Below are positions 53,295-64,000 of a DNA stretch of 64,000 bases, one piece after another. The notes below the pieces were generated by a model. The model was not told the origin of the DNA and did not search any database. It saw only the letters and a list, made by a program, of their open reading frames with translations. Numbering within the stretch: the stretch's first letter is position 1; the number at the start of each line of letters is the position of its first letter. A program made the translations under genes and the position numbers. The DNA is from the human T2T-CHM13v2.0 reference genome, Homo sapiens, in the NCBI RefSeq assembly GCF_009914755.1, contig NC_060928.1. One strand, given 5' to 3'.

Positions 53295-53602
53295 TTTTTT
53301 TTTTTCTTTTTTTTTTCTTTTTTTGAGACAGTCTTGCTCTGTTGCCTAGGCTGGAGTGCAGTGGCACCCTCGGCTCACGGCAACCTCCATCTCCCAGGTT
53401 CAAGCAATTCTCCCGCCTCAGCCCCCCAAGTAGCTGGGATTACAGGCATGTGCCACCACACCTGGCTGATTTTTGTATTTTTAGTAGAGACGGGGTTTCA
53501 CCATGTTGGCCAGGCTGGTCTTGAACTCCTGACCTTAGGTGATCTACCCGCCTTGGCCTCCCAAAGTGTTGGGACTACAGGCGTGAGCCACCGCACCCAG
53601 CC
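53295..53602 (-). mobile_element. AluSx-like
   Basis: Full dimer; TSD tgaagcaagtttt. Confidence 0.96.
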
Positions 53603-53619
53603 TGAAGCAAGTTTTAGGG

Positions 53620-53812
53620 CAGTGGTTTTCAACCTTGGCTATACATTGGAATTACCTGGAAAGGCTTTTAAACTACTGATGCCTTGGTTATACTCCTGGG
53701 GATTCTGACTTAATTGTCCTGGGGTTTGGATGGAGCATCAGAATTTTTTAAAGCTTTCCATTCTAATAGTCAACAAAATATTCTAATAGTCAACAAAAGT
53801 TGAAAGCCACAG
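53620..53812. mobile_element. MER5-family hAT fossil
   Basis: cagtggttttcaaccttggctatacattggaattacctgg...gattctgacttaattg...gttgaaagccacag. Confidence 0.8.
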
Positions 53813-53899
53813 TTTTAAGGGCATGTTTTATCACTCAGACTACTAAGTCACCCGAAAAATGAGACTGAGCAAGGAACAAAAGAATTCTGATTATATAGG

Positions 53900-54145
53900 A
53901 AAAATAATAACAAACATTTCTTTAGTCTCAGTGTGTCATGAACACTTCTAAACACTTAACATATTTTAAATCAGTTAGTGGTCCCAAAAACTGTATGAGG
54001 AAGTCACTTTTACTATTCGCATTTGAGAGATGAGAAAACTGAAACCCAACAGCACACGCAAAGTAAGTGTTAGAACAGGTACTTGAACTCAATCAGTCTT
54101 CTTCTAGAGCTTCTTATCTGAACTGGTATGCTATATTGCCTCTAA
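53900..54145 (-). mobile_element. MIR SINE
   Basis: agatgagaaaactgaaac...cttgaactc core. Confidence 0.7.
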
Positions 54146-54281
54146 ATGTAGTGTAATGGTAATTTTATACCAGAAGAATTATAAAAGAAAGGAAAACCTA
54201 TAAAAATAGGATATCATTAAATCAGTTAAATGCTAGTTGATAATAGAGTGATTATTATGACTGCATAAAACATCTATGGGT

Positions 54282-54387
54282 TATACATATGTGTATATAG
54301 ACATATATATGTATATATTTATTCAAATATGTCTATATATAGATATATGTATACATATTTGTATATATATGTGTGTGTATATATATG
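54282..54387. repeat. TA/TG-rich low-complexity tract
   Basis: Directly visible. Confidence 0.9.
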
Positions 54388-56118
54388 CTGGTTCTCATGT
54401 TTTCTTCATTTGTAGGAATCAGTTAACAAGTTCTTGTTACATAGTATGAAGGTTCTGTTTTCAGTAGTGAAACAGGGAGATAAAAGTGGTTGAACCATGT
54501 GATTTTTTTTCTGACTTTTCAAAGACATTTTCTCCTGAAGGAAGCTCAAGTGCTAAGGCTATTCCACATAATCTCAAGAACGACTACTACTTTATAGTAA
54601 TGACCAAACTGTAGTAATAGAATCTTAGGAGCATATAATCATCCTCTAGGGAACACATTTTACAAATTGAACCTATCTTGCAGGTGGAAATACCATAAAG
54701 AAAATGATCATTGGAGAGATTACTGGCACACTGCATTCATTCACATGTCAAAGTGGAAAACATTCCAATTTACTTCTATAAAACATGTATCTGAGTCAAC
54801 CTGCCATATGTATTTTTTACACTTTCTATCCCCTTACAGAATATCTACCAAATAAATGCTGCACATTTCTAAGTGGCTGGCTTTTAAGCTGCTTTGCCTA
54901 TGGCTTTTTGTTCCCTCTTTTTCTCAGCTGAGAAATCAAGTAAACAAAACATTGTGGCTGGTAGCATAGGTCCTCAGTGCAGTGGATATTTTGTGTCCGG
55001 CAGCTGGAGCATTGGTCGTACAGATGGGCTTCATTTGTTCCATATGAATACAAGTTAATAAATGGAGAGAATTCCATTTGGTATTCAATTAAGATCTCCC
55101 CTGACTCCTGTTATTAAAGCCTACAAACTATTGAGCATAAAATTAAAATCGAGCAGTTCAGCTCTTTTTGACATTATAACACTGCCTGAAAAATAATGTA
55201 AAACCCAAGAGTCACAAGTCATTCCTTACAGCCCATGGCAAATAAGAAGTGGAAACATTGAGGAAGAAAGAGTAAATATTTAAAACTTGATCATTAGTAC
55301 ACATGTTAGGAGCAGGCTACTGTGCTCATGCAAATACATCAATCCAGTTTGTTGAACACAAGATATTACATTAATTTTAACAGAATGTTACAAGATTATT
55401 ATTGCCAAAGCTCCAATGAAGGAAATAATTAAAGCACTAGGCATTTTAAGGTCTTAAAATGACAGAAAATACTATAGGAAATCAATAACCAGAAAATACT
55501 ATAGAAAATCAATATACTGTAATTGAAAGGAAATTGAATTGGGTTTACTTTTTTTATCCCGTCTAAATTTTCTTCAGATTGCCAGACCACTGAAGATAGT
55601 GAATCTTGTTTTGCCATCAGCAGTGTGACTTTCTCTAAGTCTCATGTGCTGCAAGGGCCATCTTTATTGTTTTTTATTTAGGAAGCACTCAGCTGAATAG
55701 ACAGTATGAGATTTTGTGTGTGTGTTCTCTTTACTAGTCTTGGACTCATTGTTAAAAAAAACAGAAACAAAATCAAAGACACAGCAGACAAAAACAACCA
55801 CCTCCACATAACCAGAGAAGTCAAATTAATGAGAATTCAGACATCGAAACCAGAGGACTTGTTAGATAAGCCTCACACTTGAACCTAAGTGAAATTCTTC
55901 TAGTTTTTATCAAACACTATGCCTGTCATTCTTGCTATGCAATAAGAAACATTACCAGTTGCAGATACAAATTCAATTTGAATCTATATGAATCTAACTC
56001 ATTTTCATTGCTTATTATTTTAAAAAGTTATTATAATCAAACAAAAAAGCTTGAAATGAACCTCAGGGAGGTAAGTGGATATGAACAGAAATTAAAGAAT
56101 GTTAAAATGAGAAATCCA

Positions 56119-56200
56119 GACTGGGTGCTGTGGCTTAAACCTATAATCCCAGCATTTTGGGAGGCTGAGGTGGGAGAATCCCTTGAGCCCAGGAGTATAA
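56119..56200 (+). mobile_element. Truncated Alu left arm/FLAM fragment, followed by MIR remnants to ~56530
   Basis: gactgggtgctgtggct...aatcccagcattttgggaggctgaggtgggagaatcccttgagcccaggagt. Confidence 0.85.
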
Positions 56201-58937
56201 AACAAAACACTTAACAATTCTGAGTCTCAATGTCGTTGACTATAAAGTAGAAATATCTTCCCTTCCTACCTTAAATAGATCACATTTATGAAAAAGATTC
56301 ATAAGTTATAAAACAACACCTCAATGAAAAATGCTGTATCTGGACTTTAAAAAGAAGTGAATTAAATACTAATTTTACCTCTTAGTATATATGTGATCTT
56401 AATGAAGTCCTTAGTTTTCTTGTCTGTTAAATAATAATGGTAAGGGCACCTTCTCATATGGTCATTGTGAAGCTTACATGTATAAAAAGCTCAGTACCAT
56501 GGCTGACACATAGAAAGTATTTAACAGTGTTCAAAAACATAATCAATATAGGAAATAAGTATTATTTTATTTCCTTAATAATTTCTTAGTTATACCCCAT
56601 TATCATATGTGATAAGAGAATGTACTTTATTTCTAGTTTTCCAGATAATCTGTATCCTAAACATTCTTTACTCCCAAATTCAGTCTTTGAGCATCCTAAC
56701 TCTTGACATCCACAGCTAATATTTAGGAAACATTAAAATTTGTTTGTACATTTGAAGGAAGAACTAAGTAAATGGAACTTACCAATCCTAAAATCCAGAC
56801 TGCTGTTATTAAGAAGAAGAACAACTGTACAAATGCTGTTATCAAAGGATGTATGAGTCAGGCGGAAAAAAAAGGAGAACACAGAAAGGTGAAAAGTCTT
56901 TGTCAAGCAGAGGAGAGAAATTATTGTCTTGTAATATATATGAGAGAGTCTAGCCAAATATTAAACATTTTTAAAATGAAAAGAAATATTATACATGGTA
57001 TGAATAATATTTAAGTCATTGCCTAGGTTAGAAGATTAGATATATTTACCTATTCTACCTACTTCAAATGCTTTTTTGCTGTCATTGTTTGGAACCTCCA
57101 AATACTAGAATGCTTTAGAATTATAAAACCATTGACCATGTTCAGTTATGTTTAAAAGAAAACATCATTCTGAGGAAACTGGAAATTATATATTTATAAA
57201 TGTTTGTCCATAGCATTGTTGAAACAAATGGCTCAGGTTTCACTGTTAATCCAGTTGCTGATATTTTTGACTACTCAATACACCAAAATGGTACAGTCAA
57301 GTTGGTGCTAATAGATGTCATTTATTTACACAAACTGACAATAGGTTCACCAAAGTTAAGAGACGAATTTAAGGGGGACAGAAAAGAAATTCCTGTGTGT
57401 GCTTTGGCAGCTTAGACATACTTACCACGAACAAGATTATATCTTAAAAGCTATTCGTTAAGCTTAAAATTAAGTTATATGGTTGTAATATGTGGAGATA
57501 GCACATTGGAATAGCTCTTCACTTAATGTTATAGATCACTTTTTCCACCAATATTATTTGGTCTAGGAAAGTAAAATCCTCTTGAGGAAGTAATTAGAAA
57601 AAGCACACATCAGGGAATGTAATTGAAGATAGACTTTTGTTGACCTCAGAAGAGAAAAGCTCAAAAGAAATTTCGTAAAGTTTTAAATATGGCAAGAGGA
57701 CCACAATGTCTTTGATAATTAGACTTTCAACACATTTGGATTTGCTAATTGGATCTAAGTTCTAATTAGGCTTTTTATGTAACTAAGAATGACATATCAT
57801 TGTATGAATTTAATGTGCTTTTACAGTTGAAACTAACAATTAGCAGCCTTTTCCAAATTATTTTAATAAGGAAAAAGCTGGCTCTGCTGTTTATACTGTG
57901 ACATTCCCTTCTCTTAAGATATATTATGTACATTTTCATTTTCTTAATTAAACACCTTTTGGGGAGCTTAAAGGGAAACTTGGGTTTTAATAGGAAGCAC
58001 CTAAATTGTTTATTTGTGGGGGAGACTTGCCAGCCAGTATGTAGATGACTTTGGAAGCTACAGACAAACCGCAATAAAAAGAAATAAATCACAATCATCA
58101 GGAGGAAACAGCACAAATAACCATTTGCCCCTATGACCATTCAGTTAATCAAAACAGTCTCTGAATATGATGAAAGATCTGTTACATTTTTAAGTGTGCA
58201 CATGCGGAATATGTTCCCAAATGTGAAGGCTCATGGATCTGCTTTCAGGATGAATAATAGGAAATTTCTTCTCAAGATGTGCATTACAACATTCTCTCTC
58301 TCTGTAGCCTTGTTCTGTAAACAGTTATCTGCTAATTCAAGTCAAATCATCTCTTTCTTTCTCCATATTTTTGATTGAGAGTCATCAATTTTTATCCCAT
58401 TCAGATATATAGACAGTAATTTAAAAACTGGTAGCCCTCAGATTTGTACATTCCAAGAGATAAGACCTATATAACAGCATAAAATTAAACTACTATTTGG
58501 GTGAGTAAAGAGCAGTGAGTCATTGCAAGACTTTAAGGGAAAGGCTGCTGCCAAAATATTCCAAGCAAATTGATAACACTGCCAAAAAGGCAAATTATAT
58601 TGTTTTATGTGCTATGAATACTTTGAAAACAAAGACATACACATGATTTTTTTCAAATAAAAGCAGTTGCCCTTCTAACCATATTAAAAATAGTGTCTTT
58701 TTTCCCAGTAAAAGCCATATAAGATCAAATTAAAACCATTGAAACTATTAGAGAATCTAACTTACAGTAATTGATATATTAAAAAAGACATTATGTTAGA
58801 GTTATATGTGCTATTATTTTTCCAATTAGTACATTACTGGGACTGAGTGATTGGTGTATACATAAGTCCTCATTAAGTAAAATGTCCTCAATGAGCCTCC
58901 TAAAGCACATTGGGTACTGTCATGTGCCATATAATGA

Positions 58938-59234
<297 letters not shown>

Positions 59235-59838
59235 TGAGCCTCGTGGTTTTGACTTTTGGAGGTTACTTTATCCTATATTTCTTTCTTTATTAACTGATGA
59301 CATAATCTTAAAAGAGATTTTAACAAATTCTAAATACGCTTTCTAAGATTTTTTAATGGTCATATTTCACAGCCTTCAATTTACGTGGATCAGGATCACA
59401 GTTTTGCAGACTTTTAACTACAGTGTATGTGTTAGGAATTTTCTTAGAAATTTTAGGCTCAATTTCCATCCTACAGTTTTCTACACATGACAAAGTAAAG
59501 GTATGTCTCAGGCCTTCTTTCATTAAAACTGTAGTGAACATAGATAGTCAACATATAGTGAACATTGAAACTATAAATGAACATAACCCTGACCATGCCA
59601 AACAATGGTAGATTTGGTAAAATGTACATTCTCTAATAGTGAAATATTAACAAACTAAGAATCTTTTTCTCGTAAGAACCTACTTCAAAGGGAAGCTGTT
59701 GTTTAATAGGCATCTACTGTCGACTGTATTCCAGGCTCAGTGCTGATTACTGAGAACATTGACAAATAAAATGACAGATATAATTCTGTCTTGATAGAAC
59801 TTATCATCTAGTGATTCTGTGAATGTTGAATAGGATTA

Positions 59839-60170
59839 CAGTAGTTTCCCTTTATCTGTGGGGGATGCATTCCAAGACCCCCAGTGGATGCCTGAAACTG
59901 TGGATAGTTTTGTTTTCTTCCAACACAATCACATTGTGTAGGGCTTATAGGTTATAGAGTGTGGATATGCTGGACAAAGGGATGAGTCACATCCAGGGCA
60001 TGTCAGTGGGATGGTGTGAGATTTCATCATGCTACTTAGAACAATGTTAAATTCAAAACTTATAAATTGTTTATTTCTGGAAGTTTTCATTTAATATTTT
60101 TTGGACCATGGCTGATTGAGGAGTAACCGAAACTGGTGAAAGAGCAACCATGGATAAGAAGAGTCTACTG
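59839..60170 (-). mobile_element. MER44A-like Tigger DNA transposon
   Basis: TIRs cagtagtttccctttatc / gataagaagagtctactg flanked by TA target duplications. Confidence 0.85.
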
Positions 60171-61178
60171 TATACCTGGGAAAGATCTGTTACAATTTCA
60201 TTTACTTATTAAAAAGTCAATAAATGGTAACTGTTATAATTCTATACATTATAGTTTTCTTTCCTAATAGATACATACAATAAGATGTTAATAGAAATAT
60301 TCTTAAACAGTAAAATACTCAAATGGGCTCTGTCTAAATAGCCATAAACCACGAAGGCATACATTCTCCTTTGCTATTCCAATGTGTTTAATCATGTGCT
60401 AGTTTATAGCCTGTTTCAAAACGTAATAGTCCATAGTTAGTACTTTATTTTTCTTCAGAAAAGTCTACTTGTTTTTAATTTTGAAAAAGATTTTCCTATG
60501 GGCTAGGTAAATTGCAGAATTAGTAAATAGGAGAGGAAGACTTTTTGATACGTTGATGCTAATTGGATGTTCATCAAATTTTATAACACCAGTTGCTGCC
60601 CTTTGTACATTGTTTACTACAAATTAAATATATGCAATGTAATTTTATTGTCAAAAAAGTGGATTTGTGCATATTTTCTATGAAAGGACATTCAAGTGAG
60701 TGACCTATTCTTCTTTTTTTGTGGCCCATAAATTATTCCTAGTTATTATTTTTAAAAGGGCTTAATTGCTTTTGGTAAATAATTGTAAGTATTTCACAAC
60801 TTAAATGTGAATTCGCTTCTGTATGTACCTAAGGGTATTGATATGCATTTACATTGATGCACTAATATTAAAAAAGACAGATATTTAAAGTACAGCAAAT
60901 TATTAATAGTCTTTCCTCCAGTGATTAGCATGAAAACTCCAGTGATGATTGCAGTGAAAGACGGTATATGTGCTTTGTTTTCCTTTGAGAAAAGAAAGCA
61001 AATCTTTAAGTCCAATTAACCTCAGTCAGTTTTAAGCAAATAGTTATTTCGCAATTACTATATGATAGACTCAGTAATGGATATAAGAGAAATAATATAC
61101 AGACCTTGTCCTCAAAGTATTCATAGAATCTTGTTAGGTTGATGCACATAGAGAAAAACAGCTCAGATTGATTAAATA

Positions 61179-61497
61179 TGGTTGACCCTTGGTGTCTGTG
61201 AGGCATTGGTTCCAGGAAACCCCCACACCAAAATCTGCAAATTCTTAAGTTTCTGATATAAAATGATATAGTATTTGCATATAACCTATGTACCTCCTCT
61301 CATATGCTTTAAAGCATTTTAGATTACTCTTAATACCTAATACAGTGTAAATGCTATGTAAGTAGTGGCTCTACCGAATTATATATTTATTTTTGTTATT
61401 TTTATTGGGTTTTTTTCCTAATATTTTTGAGCCTCAGTTTGTTGAATCTATGGAGTTGAGTCTAGATGCAGAACCTGTGGATATGGAGTGTTAACTG
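61179..61497. mobile_element. MER2-like Tigger DNA transposon
   Basis: gttgacccttggtgtctgtg...attggttccagga...gtatttgcatataaccta...gaacctgtggatatggag...aactgta. Confidence 0.85.
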
Positions 61498-61499
61498 TA

Positions 61500-61945
61500 C
61501 TTACTATGTGCAAGCTACTCTACTAAGTCTTTTGCATGTATTGTCTTATTTTGTCCTCACAATATTCTCAAGAAATAGGTAATATTCTGATCTCAAGAGG
61601 AAACTGAGACATCCAGAAGTTGAAATACATACATGTATGTGTGTGTGTATATATATATATATATATCTTATCATTAAGGGAAGGGGTTAAGGTCTAGAAT
61701 CAGACTTCCTGAATTTGAATCCTAACTCTGCTACTTACTATCTGTATAATGTTCATAAATACATGAACCTAGAAGAAATTGAAGAATAACATGCAAGGAG
61801 CGATTCTACGTGTGGTAACTGCTCTGGTAAGTATTACCTGAGCCTTGTGGTTTTACAGACAGTAAGTAGCAGAGTTAGGATTCAAATTCAGGAAGACAGA
61901 TTCTAGACGTTAACCCCTTCCCTCTTAATGATACATTATACTGTC
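61500..61945 (-). mobile_element. Antisense MIR interrupted at ~61626-61853 by a complex insertion
   Basis: 61500-61625 (...gaggaaactgagac...gaagttgaaa) continues collinearly at ~61855 (acagacagtaagtagcagag...ggattcaaa). Confidence 0.75.
61773..61854 (+). pseudogene. Diverged partial duplicate of the GRID2 exon 3' half (54 nt) plus donor and 28 nt of intron
   Basis: Ungapped match to 59169-59250, 73/82 identical by manual alignment; CTG|GTAAGT retained (GT 61827-61828). Confidence 0.95.
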
Positions 61946-63429
61946 TCCAGTCCTACTGTGATAAGTGTGAGAACTGAGGTGTCTATAGAATTTTGTTTGA
62001 CTTGAGAGTTGAAAATGCTTACGTCTGAATAAGGTGAAAGTGAGTTTTATTGGGAAGGATTGTAGGTACAATCATGTTAAATTCATTTCCAGGCTGAATA
62101 AAACAATTGCTATTTTGTTCATGAAATAGTAGCACTTCACACAGTGTTAACACCTGCATACCCCAGGTTCACCTTCATGACTCTTAATAATCTCTATTTC
62201 CTGCAAGCTTAGCCCTGCACAGATATTGAATATGGTTTTGTGACTGGAGACATGGAAGCAGTGTTTTTTTTTTTTTTTTTCAAGTCTTCTATGATGGACT
62301 TATCAGTTGGGTGCCAGTTGAGTAACAGGTTGTTATACTTATTACATTACTACAATATACAATCATTGTGTTTAATAATTTTGCATGCTTCCTATGTCTT
62401 TCTGTAACTACTCTGAGAATGGAAACCAGTCATTCCCTTCTTATTTATTTTCTACAAGTGCCTTTTCAGGTCTAGCTCTTAGTTATATGGCCTTGCAAGC
62501 TTCTTCTACTCAACACTGAGAACCACTCTCCCCTCACCCCACCCAGCAACTCCCGAATCTTGAGGCTTTACCTCACTAAACCCTGAAACTAGGATTTAAT
62601 CTATACTCAACTTGATGTTGTCACCTAAACGCAACCTCCCACCCCCTTATATTCCAAGTATTTACGTCCAACACTTTCCAGAAGAGAAAAGGGAAAGGAC
62701 CAATGTGTACATGGGAAGAAGCTATTTCCTCCTTTCTTCTATTGAAACTGAAATCTAGTCTTAGCTCTACCCACTCCCTCTTTTCTTAAGAAATTTTATA
62801 TTATCAATTACACCAGGTTAATAAAATGGATTTTTCTTACCAAAATTTTGAAATTCCCATTCTTATGACTGTTGATATTTTATTGACTTGAAAGAAATAA
62901 CTTCATATTTATTTTAAACTACACAATTCAGCACTCTACTGTTTGTGATCCCATGGGCAAATAAGTGGTGCTCTCAAACATTTCATTGAAGAGTTAAATA
63001 GAGGTATTATTGACGAAGATGTAAATAGTGTTAAAGGAATCAACAAGGAGTGTTGAATCACCAGAACCTACCTAGATGACTTACATGAAGACTGATAAGG
63101 CATGGGAGGAAGCATTATTACTAGACAAAGCAATAGAGCCATGGGAGAGAGACCATCACTCATAGTAGTAGTGAGCTACAGTGCAGAAAAAGAAAGAGAA
63201 TCACTGCCAATACCAAAATCAGGCTATGAGGAACTGGGAATAAGGGATACACTGATCTCACTCCTCTTATCTATCTCTTTTCATGGTCTCCAACTGCAAA
63301 TCCAACCAGAAGTCAGAGGTTATGGGAGCCTAAGTAAGGAAGACCATGAAAGTTAGTCTTTCAGGACACAGAGGAAGGCAGTGAAGCCCTCAGTGAATCC
63401 AGAAGAAAAGTAGAGAAAAACCAACACGA

Positions 63430-63665
63430 GCATCTACCATTTGATAGGACCTATTATAAGAAGGTTATATATATTAACTTATTTAATCCTTATAAAATTT
63501 CATATGAGTGGCACTAATTACATTATAAGGATAAAAATAGGGTACATAAGAGTTAACTAAATTTCTGCCTCCATATAGCTAGCAGGAGCCAGACATAAAT
63601 TTCAAGATCAGAGATCCTGGTTCCACAAACCATGTCCTTAGCCACTCTGATAATCTTCCTTCTGA
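63430..63665 (-). mobile_element. MIR SINE
   Basis: atttaatccttataaaa...gagttaactaaatt...gctagcaggagccag...cttagccact. Confidence 0.6.
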
Positions 63666-64000
63666 ATCAGAATGGACTCATGTTAGGTATAAATGAAATT
63701 TGATATAATTATTGAGATGTGAGGATTGCATATGTTGGATTGATAACTTAGGAGAATTTTCCTAAATTTCTTCATATATAGATTTCTTTGTATTCAACCA
63801 TCACCAAAGCCACAGAAATATGTCTTAGAAATGGAGGAAAAGAAAGAATGATAATAAAAGCAGTCTCTACTACTTGGTGTCTCTTCTAATCTCTTTGTTT
63901 CCATAATTTGCCCACTGATCTTTACTTCTTACCAAGTGGTCCAAGTGTATTACTACAAAGGAATTATGAAGATTTTCCCGTTTTTAACTTCCTGAGTTAT

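Noticed and set aside
57200-57415. Protein-like 71-aa ORF near the exon
   Set aside because: No similarity to GluD2 or any family I recognise, and no convincing splice-site pair.
62990-63420. Possible old MaLR/ERVL LTR with an 84-aa ORF
   Set aside because: Some LTR-like motifs (aatccaaccagaagtcagagg...gggagcc) but too degraded to name or bound confidently; ORF not credible.

Overview
Primate (most likely human) AT-rich genomic DNA, almost entirely intronic. One true coding exon is recognisable: a 102-nt phase-0/0 exon at 59121-59222 (+) encoding [34 protein letters not shown], which I recognise as part of the glutamate receptor delta-2 gene GRID2 (ATD-to-S1 linker). The rest is intron filled with Alu, L1, L2, MIR, CR1/L3, MaLR/ERV solo LTRs, DNA transposon fossils and microsatellites. 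The other ORFs in the track are chance or repeat-derived. Repeat subfamilies are named from memory of consensus sequences and the boundaries of old elements are approximate. The most notable unexplained structure is a recurring fold-back/templated-insertion architecture. The best case is 2.6 kb downstream of the exon: a diverged copy of the exon's 3' half, with its GT donor intact and an AG placed directly in front, sits in the loop of a ~78-bp inverted repeat, forming a candidate in-frame 54-nt cryptic exon. Related scars occur at 15742-15998 and 23224-23331. I see no evidence for a new protein-coding system.
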